From Blasia pusilla (Eukaryota), in NCBI GenBank assembly GCA_050084515.1, contig CM114271.1:22940001-23004000 (forward strand): DNA of 64,000 bases, read 5' to 3'. This document shows, one piece after another, positions 1 through 15,000 of this stretch; position 1 is the first letter of the stretch, and each line of letters starts with the position of its first letter. The notes beneath the pieces are model-generated. The model made no database searches. It had not been told where the DNA came from and saw nothing but the letters and a program-made list of their open reading frames with translations. A program made the translations under genes and the position numbers.

Positions 1-3000
1 ACCCTGGAACCTACTGATAAGCCGAGTGGGGCGGACTGCCATCAATATTCGAAACGCTCTCTGCCAGTTCTCGTTACTAGTTTTCCTCAAGTTGAGTATG
101 TGTACAATAAGATTGAAAAGGTCGACGAAATTGTAGGGATCCCCCAAATATGCCTCAGGCGTAAACAGAAAGCCATAGGCAGCACTCTTGATTATCAGAT
201 CTATTGAAAATACCTGCAACCACCAATGGCCACCAATTCTAAGGTCTGCAGATCAAATTCGTAGGCACATCCTGCTCTTATCGGCTCAACAGTTCACATC
301 AGATAATCCCTTCTTTCAAAGGGGAGTTCAGTTTGGCTCAGTCCTTCACACGTACAGTAATGTATTCCATCTATATTAGCATTGGAGTGGTCAGAAAAAA
401 ATTAGTCCTCATCACGAGCCGTGAATCAAATGCCAATGATTATGCATAGGTAGTGCAGGCAGGCACACATGATCATGGGAAAAGGATTGGAATTCCTAAA
501 GTGACTGAATTTGGGACTATCGCCAAGTCTCTACTTAGAAGTTGTCAGTGAGTGTGCTCTTATGTGAGGTGGTTGGCATTCTCCATGAGTTTCTGCAGAT
601 GTGATGTCCAGTATGACCATTTTCCTTCATTTGAGTTTTATTTGAGTTTCTCTTCTCATTTCTAGAAGATCAGCACCTTCTTTGCTATTAGTATCACAAC
701 CTCTCCAGGTGATCTATGATTTCTTCAGACTACGACAACAACGGATGCGTTCAAATCTAAAAGCACGCGTGTCTATGAGAAAGGATGAAGAACCCCACCC
801 ATTTCTTGATACAAAGGGACACTCCATGGATGCCCAGTACACATGAGTCATTACAGGATGCAAAAGGGTGCACATCCAAGTAGGCAGACTTGAATTTTGG
901 TTCAAAGGTAGATTGAAGCTAAAGACAAGTTATGCTTCTTATGGTCACTGCACACTTGACTGCATTAGAAAGCATGGTCAGAGATCATTCAGAATCCCAG
1001 CCATTCCTTGAAACAAATGAACATTCTATGGATGTCCAGTACACAGGAGTCATTACAGGAGGGTGCGCACACATTCAAGGAGGCAGGCTTGAATTTTGGT
1101 TCAAAGGCAGATTGGAGTGAAAGGACAAGCTACACTGCTTATGGTCATTCCAAACTTGACTGTATTGGAAAGCATGGTCAGAGATGGCCCTCCATCAACT
1201 CATACAAAAGGCCCGAAGGTAAACGTCTGTGGACAGCGCATGCGCCTTCACCAGAATTCTACAGGTATTGCACGCCTGTAAATATTTTCATGATAGAAGG
1301 TCAGCACAAAGTACAGAACCGGTTAGAAATTCAGTTTTTGTGCCTTCCCTGAGACTGGAATCTGCAAGAAGTTTTCGAGTAAAGATGAAAAGTATGGACC
1401 AACTGACCGGTAGTGTGATGTCTGGTTCAGAGCGGGTGCAGCTGATTGAAGGGCTATTCAAACAGATGATGCTACAAACTGGTTAAAAGTATTGGCAATC
1501 ATAAGCTCCATGGCTTCCCTTGTGATGTAAAATGGTCAAGGCGGATGTGGTCGAGGCTTACATGCCAGGGAATGTGTTCGCAGTGGATCCAAAGATTCAG
1601 GAATACTCACAGCTAGTACAATGTAGTCCAATATCGGCAAGAATGGTGTCCCATATAGGATCAAAGGCACTCCAGTTGTACCTGTCTCAATAACAACGAA
1701 TATACTAACAGCTGCAATAAAAATCTGCCACCATTGATACCAGATGTTATCAATCACCCTGTTGCAGAAGGCTCGAACTTTGCTGCCAGGGTTGAAAAGG
1801 AATAGAGACCTTGGAGACATATACCATGGTACAACTTTCTCACCAGAACCTTCTATGCCCTCATAGTCAGAGAGGACGAACGAGGTGCGAACCTTCTTTC
1901 TACTTGGAGTTCTGCCATAAGGATCTTGAACTGGGTCAAGTTTAGACTCTTCCTTATTAGACTGCTTTGCCAGTTTAGCAACCATGGCTTGCTCATCTAC
2001 AACTGCTAAGAGTGCAGCTTGGAGTGCTGTTCTGTTTGCACCATCAGTAGTGGCGAAATTTGATTCATTGAAACCAGTTCTTAAGATGACTTTGTCAGAT
2101 AGTTGGCTGGGTCTCCGACGCATCGGGGAGTTCACAGTGGTTGAAGTCATTAGACCTATGGCGTTAAGAGCTCCTGTGCTGCTTCGTCGAAGAATTCTTG
2201 CCTTTGTCTTATCACTCTCTGCAGTGGAGCCTGGTATGTCAACTGTGGTGAATGGAAGTCTCCTTGAAGAGTTTGCTTCAATAGTCGGCAGAGCTGATCG
2301 TGACCTCTTTGGAAGTCTATCTTCCACAACCGGTTCTGGTGATTGTGCAGGAACCATCCTCACGAAGCCAGTGTCCGGTTGTAGGACAGGAAACAGCGAC
2401 ATACGTGACACTCTCATGGTACTCATTCTCCGCCTCATATCTGTGATCCCTCTTTGTGCTCCTTCCACTGCACCAACAAGCCAGTCTGAACTTCTCGTAC
2501 TTGAAACATGGTGAAGATGCTTTGTATGCAACCACTTAAGGTGTTCTCTCTGTAGAAGCACAGCCACCATATATATCAGTCACATTTGTTGGAAAACAGG
2601 ACTGCATGGCAAGCATTGTAGCCACCATAAATGCTCCTGAACAAAGCCTACCAAGAATAGTTGGCTAAATAGCACTGTATTTTCTACCAAAAATTTGGGA
2701 AGGACCAAGTTATAGACTAGAACTGAACACAACACTACAGAACTTCTTACCTTCTGAATGTGCTTCTTTTGGTTGTCTGTGAGCTCAGTTTCCTCCAGGA
2801 TTGTGGCAATAATGAGGTTGAGGATCACATAAGCGGTTATCATAAAGTAAAGTACATACAAGAATGGTGCAACCCACCTAACACATCGGAACCACTCAGT
2901 TTCATTAAGACGATGGCACTGAAATTTCTGCTCATCACAAACAGTATGCGCCTTGGCTCACAGATTTCTTTCAAGGAGGATTCAAAAGCTAAAGCAGGTA

Positions 3001-6000
3001 AGCCATCCAGCTGTGATGATGCTAGAAGATACACGGTCTTGCCATTGGCTAGGTTAATTTTACCTGAAGCTGTGTAACTATGCAGCTATGGTTCTCAACA
3101 CTCTCATTCATACTTTCCTAACCCTCACCGTTTTATAAGTCGAACATTGAATAACTACCTCAAGAACGGTGAACAGAAACACTTCAAAAAAACGTTTTGA
3201 TAAACAATCTCAAGTAATCCTATCCTTTCATTTGAAAAAGTGGGCACGCCTTGGACTGAGGCACCCTGAAATACCATGTTTGAACTTCTTTTAGTCAGGG
3301 AACTGTGTGCCTTCATAATGGAAGTCCTGGTGCAGATCAGTAGGTAATTGACCTCGCTTAAGGGTATACCCCTGAGAGAAAAGTCACTCTGGTCATGCAT
3401 TACAGAGAACTTGGTTGACAACTTATATATCTGAGTAAGGGGACGATTATTTAGCAGCATAGGGAAGAAGACCTTAGCCATACATGTGAAACCAGGCACA
3501 ATATGTGTTATAGAAACTTTTTCTTCAATCTGCTCAGTGAGAGGGGTACTTTCTTACTTGGATGATTGGCTAGTTGTTGTGTCACACCCTAATGTCTCTA
3601 TTGCCCACTTGTCAGTGTGAAATTTCAGCTCACCTGAAATATTTAAAGGCATATCCTAAGTAATCGAACTTCCAACGCTGTGAAATAGGGATGCTCATAC
3701 CTATTTTTCACTCCTGGACGCATAGAATTCCACATTTCATTAGGCCAGCTTTCGGCTGTTGTAACAGAGAACCAGGTTATCATTGCTTGTATAAATGTAT
3801 CATAGTTGGCACGAGGGTAGCCCTCTTCGAAGTTGTTGAACTGACCACCCCACAGCTCCATACTGATGACTGAAAATACAAGAATTATAAGCAGAAGAAA
3901 GAAGAACACACTCGCCATAGCTCCTGTACTTCTGAGAATTGCTGCCTGTGCAAAGAAGTGAACGGCTTCAGCTACATCTCCAGATTCTGCTTCATAAACC
4001 ATCACTTATTTTTGTACAAAAGAAATAGCTTTGTATTGTGTTCCAATTGTGTGAAGTACAACATCAACTCCATCTTGTAAAGATATTCTAAGCACTGCGA
4101 GGTAAGAAGTGGTGAGGTCTAGTGTAAAGGCACCCTAAGGATCAGCTGTTAGCATGCAGGAAAGTAAAACTGGAAAACTGTGAAGAGATAGTTGAGATGA
4201 GACGTGCCAGTATTGATCCACTTTCTTCTTCATCATGTCTCTTCTTTTGGTAAAACCAACGCAACATTCTGATAGGGGTAATGTTGGGGTATACATGTTG
4301 TGAGGCCACGGCACCAATGGATACACAAACCACTAATGCATCAATCAAGTTCATTCCTGGATAACCAAATGTAGCCATTAGCCAAAAGCTGACCTGCAAC
4401 TACACTGTTGAACATCCTTGAAAACTACTCTCCGACCACCACTTTCTTGGTAGGGAGTTAGAAAGAAAAGACCACTGCGAGAGTTTCCTTGCGAGTTCAC
4501 AGATGAATTCAAAATAGCTTCAGATTGGGAAAGTGTGGAAACTGTAAGGCTTTCTTTGATATCCACCACTAAAGAGATGTTCTATAGTAACGTGTATGGA
4601 GCAAAATGACAAGACTCTAGCAGTTGTTACTGGAAAGTTTGGACAAACTTCAGTGTCAAGAGGTTGGTCAGTCGCGACATCAAGCTGCTCACTACCATAG
4701 ACACTAACCTGATGTGGCAACAAAAATAGCATTAGGTCCTGTTCTCTGATGGTCTGAAGCCTTCAGACCTGATCTGACTTTTCACTCGGACACAATGCAA
4801 GCACTTCCACACATAGCTTGATTCAAGTGAACGTACAAGACTGGATCAGTTAAACCTGTTTAGATGTATTTGATGATTGTAAGAGCTGATAGGGGTGGTG
4901 TGATAGCTTGAGGGAATTCTTCAGTTTCATGGGGTTGGTCTTCACAACTAGGATTGAAGGCTCATTTGTGAAACAGAGGTGCAGATTAATGAAAACAAAG
5001 TGGGTAAATGATATTTACAAGTTATCTAGGTAGCCACAACCAACAACATAACTACGCAAGAGTTTCTCATAAACAAGTTTGTTTCATACTTTCATCTATA
5101 AAGTTAACAAGGCCAGCTGCTAAGAACCGCAAAATAAGCTCTGCAGCAAAAATGCATAACATGACCGCCTCCAATATTACTGTTCCTTGGTCAAGGGTCT
5201 TACTGAAGTAAGGATTCAAAAATTTATGTAGCATCTAATACAAGGGTCTGCCTTATGGAACAGCTTATTGCCTTTAAACAAATGCAACTTGGGGTTCTAC
5301 TGTTGCTATTGAGTCCCCACTTTCTTAGCATGCAATTTTTCTGATTCTTAACCAGTAAATGCGTAACAATCCCTTCAGAAAGTTGGCAGAAAAGAGTAGT
5401 ACTATATTCATTTATTTTGAAACATGATTCATCCTGAAAGGTAAAAGCTAAACCCATCTCTGCAATGATGGTGGTGTCTGTATCAGTGTGCCGGATGAGA
5501 GGTCCATTTGAATTCAGATTACACAATTTATTCCTCTACTAGACCAAGGTGTATTTGAAATAAATCTAGAGCTCATGGTGCAAGGATACAAATATTATCT
5601 CGGTGCCTGGAGCTCATGTTTGCTTTCAAGCTACAGAGACCTGCCATGTTGAGGCTGATGAAGAATAATTCAGCAAAGACAAAGATCTTGCTTTGCACTA
5701 TGAGCTGGCACTTCTTCGAGAGATTCTGAGCTGCATGTAGAGTTTGCATAGATATGTGACGAGAAATAGAGTGGCCAAAGCGAGCAGCACTCCGAGCGCC
5801 ACCTGAGAGATTCCGAGACAAGGTGCGAGAGAAGGTGCCAGACATGCTTTGGTCCAACGGTTGCTCATCATGTTCAGGCATGCCTTCACTGAGTTCAGCA
5901 GTGCCTGTAAGACCAAAGCTGCTGATACGTTTAAGGTAGGAGTTGGGATCATTCCAATCCACAGCTCTGGACATGGATCTCCTCAATCTTGTGCTCTGAC

Positions 6001-9000
6001 GTCTTAGAGTTTGAGAGAATTTTTGACTCAACTTCATAGTCCTTCGTCGCATGCGCTGCCTCCAAGTCAGCTTTGCATCATCACTCAAGATGACTTCCTT
6101 CAACAGCTTAGCCATCGTGATTGCATTCGCAAATGAGAATGCCTTGTCTCGTCGGTACTTTTTCAGGAGGATCTATACCCATGCCACAAGTGAGCAAAAA
6201 ATACAGCCCACTTGAAGCCTCTGGAAAAGCAGGAGTGATAGGAGTGCCTACACAGCTCTGTTTCACTCAGAATCCAATGGCTTGATCATATGAAGAACAA
6301 TTATATCCTGTCACCTTAACAGAAAGAGCAAGGAAGCACATCTACTGACTCCATTTGGAATCACTTTTTTTTCTTTTTCTTTTTTCGCTTTGCCTCTGAA
6401 CTCCAATTGCATCTCTTCTTTCCATCCCAGACCCTTCTTATGAAGCTGACCCTATGATTCAAAAACTGTCATTTCTATCTGGTTCTTTAATATTTAAGTC
6501 TCCTATGCACATTGACTTCCTTGTAGACAGAGAATCAAGCTGTTTTTCCAGTCTGATCATTAGAATGAAGATCCTGAATTGATGAATTTCTCAGTTGAAT
6601 CTACTGTGTACATTTCCTTTCAAGAATGATATACCTGATGTTCCTGTCTTACTCTAAGAAACACTCCACTTATTGCTGCAACAAAGATGTTCACCAAGAA
6701 GTAACTTCCGATAACCACCAGAATGATGTAGTATGCCTCTGCAAACAGAAGCAAAAAGACATCCAAACAAATAATCTTGTAACTTCCTGTTTGCAAGTAG
6801 ATACTCCTGAATGCCACACAAAAGCATCCTTGAAAATCCTTGGTGTTGGGTTCTAACAAGCATTACTACCTTGCTGTTCTCTCTGTTCCTTCATTCTGTC
6901 CCCAAATGCAAGAAATACACACCTGACGAGCCATCAGTATCTTTCATGTTGTACATTAAAAGAGACCATCCTTCAAACGAGAGAATCTGTAGAACCAAAA
7001 GAAGTTCAAGTGACTACTATTTCCAATGTAAAATCAGAATCACTTGTTGAACAAGGTAATAATCTCGTTGAAGGTGTTGCACAACTGCATTTGAATTAAC
7101 TTTTTCCTACTGGACATAAGAAAGGACCAGCCTACCAAGGCGGTAATCTGTCCAGTGATGCAAACAATAGATCAAAGGATTTCAGTAGGCCAGCAAAGGC
7201 ACCCTCTACAATGGTAGATGAGAACTGGGAACAGGAAATATGGGAATTTAACCTCTGGAATGGACATGAAAACACATAAACACAGAAGATGCTAGTTTTA
7301 GTTGAGCATACTTAATGCATAATAGAAATACTTTGGCCAATTACTATTGAAGTTAAGAGCCATACTTTTATCTCCAAAGATATGGTAGGATATCAGTACC
7401 TGTTAGCAAAGCTAGAAATTCAGGGCAGTGCAGATACCTTTCTACATCATAAATAGGGCTATGGTTTCAACCTGAAACAAAGTGAGAAATGCTGCTGCAT
7501 AGTTGTCAAAGCTGGTTGCTCCCCAATTTGGATTTCCCAAGTTCTGGAGAAGACAGACAATCCAGTTCAGAGAGCTCTGTTAATTCCTGGGAGGTACTTA
7601 CCTGCAGGAGGAATGAGAACGTTACTTTTCTTTGAGGAAAATAGTCTCATTGTTAGATTTTTTTAAAAGGTAGTTTTTGCTGCCAGCTGTCTGCTGAACC
7701 ACAATACTGTGACATTTCGTGACTCTAAACATGATTGTGAGGTTTCATCAACTGAGGAAATGAAGTTCTTGGGATCCATGACTACAAAGTGATTCGAACA
7801 GTCACTATTCTACAGCTTCTTGCATGAAACAATGGTAAGGCTCTTGGGCTCCACGACTATGAAGTAGTTCAAACAGTGACTATTCCACAGCTTCTTGCAT
7901 AAAATAATGTTGTTAGAAATGTCCTAAATTTCTATGCTGATCAAGTCCCCAGAAATACTGGAGAGTTTTGTTGCCAATTACTTTTCATTAGTACTTTCTC
8001 CCAATAACAACAAGATTCTATTTTGTTTTGTTTTACTTTTCACCTTATCGTATGGCTAAGGAAAGCGGGCTGTAATGTTGTCAAGATTGGACATGACCAC
8101 AGAAGTGAATGTTTTTCTTGATTTTCAGCAACCTACCTGTATTGATACCTAGCAATCCAGATACCCAGAGTCAACTGGGACCGATGGGCTTTTTCCGGTG
8201 ACTCACATGCACAGGTATCACTTTGTGAAATCCATGCTAGCCTAGTCACCTCAGAGTTTCAGATATTCCTTAATTTGATGGAACCTATTTTCAAGTTTGG
8301 AATCAAAGAATGACAATGTTTCTCAAATCTGAAGAACTCATGGAGATGGCCGTGGGGGGACAGAACTGAAGACCATAGAACCTGCTGCAGCAGCTATGCT
8401 TGTGTCTCAGCAAAACCTTAACAATCAATTGAGAATTTAGTGTGCAGGAAGATGACTCCACTCTCTGCTATAATTAATGATGTCTAATGACATCAGAGGC
8501 TTGGTCACATCAGCAAACCCATACTCACAGGACTCACAGGACTCCACAGCAAAATGGAGAGGCACAGAAGAATATAACTTTGTTTCATGTCTTGTACTTG
8601 CAGTGCTACAGCAGTCAGGACTTGAAAATGCTTATTGGGGTAAGGAATAGCCACAGCAAATTAGGCTCAGAGCAAGAGAGTTTGTTTGAGTTCCCTGAGT
8701 CTGGGAGAACAAGTTGAGTGGGAGCTTTAGCAGCTCCAGCATGGACCACCACTGGAGTAGGTATACATTCACAAGGGTGAGCACTCTGAGCACTACTCTC
8801 AATCCTATAAACATTCCAATGTACAACAGATTTCTTGAAGCTTCACCAGAACAAGTTCAGATGGAGCCACAGATTGGTCACAAAGAATCCAAGTCCAAGA
8901 TAACTCCAGAAGAAACAAGTGCTGGACCATGAAAATCTGAAACAATTTCTATGTGAGTGCAGAAAGATGATGTTCCACTCTAGGAGTCGCCTCACGGGGA

Positions 9001-12000
9001 ATCCAGAGAAGGAGAAGTTCCCTGATGCAATATTTAGTCCTCAAGAGAAGATCAATATTGATGAATCCAAAACCTATGCCAAAGCTCTCTCCAGGCAACA
9101 AGTAGTTCACTTGAAGAATGCAGTGGAATGAGGTTCAATGACACATGGTCACTCACCTCACCCCCACCAGGTAGAAGGGCTGTGGGATGTAATTGGATTT
9201 TCCAGATCACATACAAGCCAGACAAGGGGATTGAAAGGTATAAATCCAAATTGGTAGAAAAAGGCTACTAGCAGGTACATGACATGGGCTACACTCAGAC
9301 TTTCTCAACTGTAGTAAGAACGACTTCAATTCAACTTATGTCTGCTCTGGCAGCTCAGTATGATCTTGGAGTACGTCAGATGGATTAAAGACAGCATTTG
9401 TGAATGGTACTCGTAAGGAGGAAGTGTACATGGAGATGCCTGAGGGAGTGCCAGACCCTACTTGCCGAGATTCTAGACTGCACAGGTGCACTGATGGACT
9501 TGAACAGTCATCAAGACTGGTATCATGGGACAGATCAATTTGTTTTGTTCAAATACGACTTAGAAAATCTAATAAATGTGACCATTCTGAAGGATCGGGA
9601 ATTTTTTGTTCAATGGGCCCTTTCAGTAGATAACGTAATACTGATTAGCGATTGTATGGCATAGCTGAAATCTGTGTAGGACTCAAGACAGGAGGAGCTC
9701 AGAATGGCAGACCTAGGACAAATCCCTCATTTTCTTCAAATGGAATTATCTAGTAAAAGAAAGGAACGATAGAGAGGAGGGATGGGTAAGACTATCTCAG
9801 ACCAGGTTTGTTAATAATGCACTTTCAAGGTCTAAGAAATCTGACTGCAAACTTGTGGATGCACCAGTGGAGTTAGGACATAAGCTCTCTAAAAAGGATT
9901 TTCTTGGAATGAGGAAGAGAGGAGCTTCATGAGAAAAATACCTCATAAGAGTGCAGCTGGAAGTCTAATGTGGGCCACTGTTTGCACCAGGCCTGACATT
10001 TCTTTTGCGGTAAGCATGATTTCTGGATATATGGCTGAACAGGGTCCAGCTGATTGGGTTGCTGTGAAAAGGACTTCTAGAAATCTAAAGGGGACAGCAG
10101 ACTGGGGACTGGTATACAGTAGAATGGACAGTTAGAACCATTTTATGGGGACTGTGATACTAATTGGGGTAGTAGCCTGGATGATTGAATGTCCAGACAC
10201 CTAGTTTCTGTTTCTTGTTACGACAGGCAGCTGTATGCTGGGGAAGCAAGAAGCAGAAATCTGTTGTCTGAGGGTATGGCTTCAGCGAGAGTTCTCACAG
10301 AGGAAACTTGATCAGGAAATTTTCTAAGTGGGATAGGAGATCAGCAAGGTAAGACTGTAGTGTCTTTTGACCTTCCTAGAGAGAACCACATTCAGTGAGT
10401 GGACCAAGGACATACACATGAATATTAGGGAGATGGTGCAAAAGGGATTGATAGGGGTCGAAGATTATGCTACCAATGAAATGGTCTGAGACAGTTTTAA
10501 CAAAGGATTGACTAGAGAGAAACACATTATTCGTAGTGCTACTGTTAATGTAGGTAGTCACTTAGTGGGAGTATAAGAAATCAGCTAAATAACTTTTCTG
10601 ATCGCCAGTGACCAACCTCTACTGACACCTAGCAGTCAAGATACACCTAGTCAAATAGGATAGATAGCCTTCTCTGGTGATTCACATGCAACAGGTGTCA
10701 CTTGTCAGTGAGTAGGCTAGCATGGACGTGAATTGCATTCAGTTCATTAAGGACACAATTCTGCTCAAGCAAGGACAGAACTTAGAGGTCCTTGAATACA
10801 TACGTAAGCTACTCTGACTGGCTCTAAGTTGCAAATCACATTCCTGACAGATGCGAGTTGTGCTATTTCCTGCTCAATTCTGTCTGTTATATTGATCAGT
10901 CTAGTCCTCTGATTTCTTACAGTTTTAAGCTCAACAGATTCCAGGAACAAGAAACAATCCATTAAGCCAAGGATAAGACTAACAAAAAATTTCCAACAAG
11001 ACTGAAAAAGTGTATGGAGACAACCCCTCTAGGTAAGGATTCCAAGGCTGACTCTACATCCCTGCTGGGAGAACTCTAAGTTTCAGTGGACACAGGAATC
11101 CATCAACACCATAGAGTAGAACTTAGCATAACTCCCCTCCAAATTGTGCATTGGATGTCACACTTCCCTCTCACATAGATTTAGGAACTGACCGAACAAA
11201 GCTGTTCTTGCTCCGTTGGGCAGGTGTCACCAGTTGTCCTGCTGATTGTACAAAATTTCTCTGGGAACGAAATTTGCTCGTCTGACTGCCGTACACACCT
11301 GCAATGAACACGACCAGTCAGCTGGGAGGACATATACAGTGACTCCACAAATCTGAGACCAGAACCACAAAGGACAACAATCAGGATAAAAGCTGACATC
11401 AAGTTACTTTGGTAGGAATCGTAACCTTGAAACTGCCAACCACACTGAACACCAGTAGACTGATCTCTCTGTGCATGTGTTTAGGAAAGGTGAAAGTAGA
11501 CTTTTACCTCATGCGCAGATTGCCATTAAAGAAAATTACACCCACTAAGCCATAGAAAGATAAGATGATGAGAGTGAAAACGATGACAGTCTCCAATGCA
11601 ACCACGCTCTTCGTTATGGCATCCATAATAGCCTGTAGACAAACAGATCAGACACGCTACTGAATATAATGCTTTAATCAAGACATTTAAAATAAGGCAA
11701 TGAGAGACATACTCTGAAAATGCATCAGTGTTGCTGGGATCAGTTGGAGTGTTTACCTACCCACCCTCAATCTTGATTCGGACGACTTTGGTCCATTTGC
11801 TTGTGGGCATCCCCCTACAAATGACTAACTATCTAACCTGTATTTGAAGTGAGCACACTTCCCCACATCCTACAATCCAAGGCCCCAGGCTCCTGGTGCA
11901 CATTGATCCTAGTGTATAGTTGAATATGACAAAACGAAACCCAAGTAGATCAAATCTCGTGTGAAAGACGGCAATTTTACAGAATCCTCGCATATGGTAT

Positions 12001-15000
12001 AGGCAGCAAACCAGGAAAAAGAACCAGGGAAGGAACAATGAACATACGAGCACATTTCCGATGAAGGAAAAATGACGAAGAATCAGCAGTGCACGAAATA
12101 CTCGCAGGGTTGCGAGGCGAAGCCAGAACTCTTTCTTGAGCACAATTGTTCTTATAATGTGAACCCTGTGTGTTACATGACCCAATTACGATGTAAAAAG
12201 CACATTGTACACGCACATCTTGCATGACAACCATGGCAGTTTTGAATGGTAGAAAGCATCTAGTCTGGATAGGATTTCTGCATCCTCCTTTTCTGGCTAA
12301 CGATTGAAGCTTTTATACGCTTATCATAAATGGGATGAAGTTACAACTACTCCAAGGGGCTTGAGCTGTAGATGTACCATGAGTCTATGACAATAATCAA
12401 ATCAAGTGTGTTATAGCTGTTGCGAAGATATGTGTGAGGACCCCGGATGAAGCCAAGAGTAAGGATTTTGGAAATAGCTTCAAATCTGTGAGCATGTGTA
12501 AAAGACTCACGATCGTCAGACATTGAGTTAAATTACACCAACAAAAAATGTGTGATTTGGTAACAATGTGAAAGACCTCAGAACAGCCAATTGAGATTCA
12601 TTGACCAGCAATACACCCTCATTAGCTCACAGTTTCTACAGTTACAGCATAATTGAGTTAGCTATGGGAGACATTCAATCATCATAGGCATAAACTTCAA
12701 CATTTCTACCGAGGGGTTGGAGTATTGTTCACTCTACTGATTTACTTCTATTCCTAGCATTCCAATCCTCTTTGTTCCACACATATGGTTCTACTAAGTC
12801 ACTAGATTTGGTTGCGATTGAGGATACATAAGCAACAGAAAGAAGTAAATCTTCAGCATAAGTCATAAACTAATCTGAGGTTACGAAGTTGATTACTACA
12901 CAGAGGTTTACTAATTCCTTGAGGCTACTACCATACCATCCAACCTACACTGATTGATTGTAAATTAAGACGAAGGGAAGCCTCTTCTTCATACACATGC
13001 TGTCCATGTTTCTTGTACTTTCATGGCATTTGGACATTCTTCTTCTGATTTAGGACGACGTCCAACCAAGGGACAGTTACTCAGAAAAGTAATTCACTTC
13101 TACTCTTGCCCAAGGGTGAATAATATCTTGGCATGTAAGCTTCTTTGTGGATGCTAACAATCAGTCCGGTCTAGTAAATGTCAGTCAAAGTGGACTTCAC
13201 AGAAACCAACTATACAGAGGCATTCACATGTAGGGTTTCCACAATAAGGGACTCCTTACGTGTAGAAAGAAGTGAGAACAATATCTGCTACATCCAGCTG
13301 ACTTTTGGTTGGATGGAATGATGTCACGAATTTGTTTTCAGCCTTCAATATAAGAACGAAGATATGGCTTGCTATGACACCGAGCAGCAAGTACTCAGTC
13401 TTTCTGTTTGATGATTAAGGAAGGAGACTATACCACAACATAAATTGATATTCACGCCACTTGCAACAACATTCAAAGACAATTTTTTCTGCACGATATA
13501 GATTGATTATGTGAAATGTCCGAAGCAAAAAAGAAAAGCAAAAGCTTTCCACAAACAACAGCAATTGTGAGAAGGCCTCTGAAAATGTCTGGCGGATACT
13601 CATTGTACCAGAAGTTGAACAATGAAGCGCGAGTTTCACTCTCTATGCTTATAAATCCCAATGCGTGGCCTTCCATTGTTGCCCCAGTTCCTATGGGAGT
13701 ACTCAAGGCCTTCTTTTTCATAGCCTGTATCCACAATCAGCAGTCGCAATGTGTGACGTCTAGCAAGATGGACTACGCAACCCCTAGAATTTCAAACAAT
13801 CCCGGTTGCGAGGCTCTTAAGAAGCTGCATCCCCTACTTTTGCTTCAAGACTTTCTTTAAAAGAACTGCTACAACATGAACAACAACAATATGACCAGTC
13901 TGTCTGCTTTCCGTGAAGGAAAGTAATTCACAATGGCTTATCAGTTGTGTGGATCTGCAGAACTGAAAAGCGAAATCAGTGCACACGACAGGCAGATATT
14001 GTATGATAAAGAAAATGTAAGAGAGAGAAAATACATTTTGTCGCCTGACAAATTGATAAGCTTTCTTCCACCTATGCCTTGCTAGGGTCTCTGGTATTTT
14101 CATCTGTAGAGTTGGACCCGACAGATTGTCAGCAGATGAGGTGGAAGGTGCAGTAGAGGATGACGCGGCATTGCTTGCATAAGGAATGTCTCTGCCTAGC
14201 TGTGCTCGAATTTTATCTGCATAGTCAGGGTCTTGGCCTATATCGTCCTCCCACTGGGGCGCTTTGTTTGCATAACTAGGATCATCCTCCGGATCAAAAG
14301 TATCGTCTTTCCTGCACATGTGTAATTGCGAGAGTGAGTTACTGCACCCCATCACCGCCACAGTCATCGCCTCAAAGTCTGATTCCCAAGACCCTTGCAT
14401 TAACCTAAGAGCAGCGCCTGGACTACTCTGAGCATTCACCCTCACCGTAAGAGCTCTCAACTGGTGATGCTCCCCATGACACGCTTGACCAAAAATTTGT
14501 TCGTTCGTTCTTTTTTTCTTCATAGGTCTCTTTCAAGGTCCTACCCTCACGGTTGCTGACTTCACGACTACCAAGAACCAAGTTCAGATTGCCAACTTCG
14601 TAGATAGGTGTGAGAAGGCCAGGGAACACCACCTGGACCAGAAATCCTCTTAGGTCGTCTTTGTTCGGGTTCACACTGATCAATTCGCGCAAATGTTGCA
14701 AATCCAAGTCTAATGGTTCTTCTTTGGAACCCCGTGGACAATTAATCATTTCATTCATTCTCTATCTAGAAACAGACATTATGACAGATTCCCTGACAGA
14801 GTTGAGGAGCCTAGGGTATAGTCTCGGAAGACTGCAGTTGAATGCAAATCCTGCTTTTATAAGAGGAAGTGTAGCGCGCACTGAGCAGAATTGAAAGCAG
14901 CTGCAGCGCTCGTCATGACATTGGTAACAACTTCCTTGGCATGAGACGGGTGCAGCGACAAGGACATTCTCTTTGGCCGTGGCTCCGAGGGTGGTGGTAG

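Noticed and set aside
1984-2514. 176-aa plus-strand ORF (similarly 54707-55198 and 53298-53813)
   Set aside because: Antisense shadows of real coding exons or LINE ORF2.
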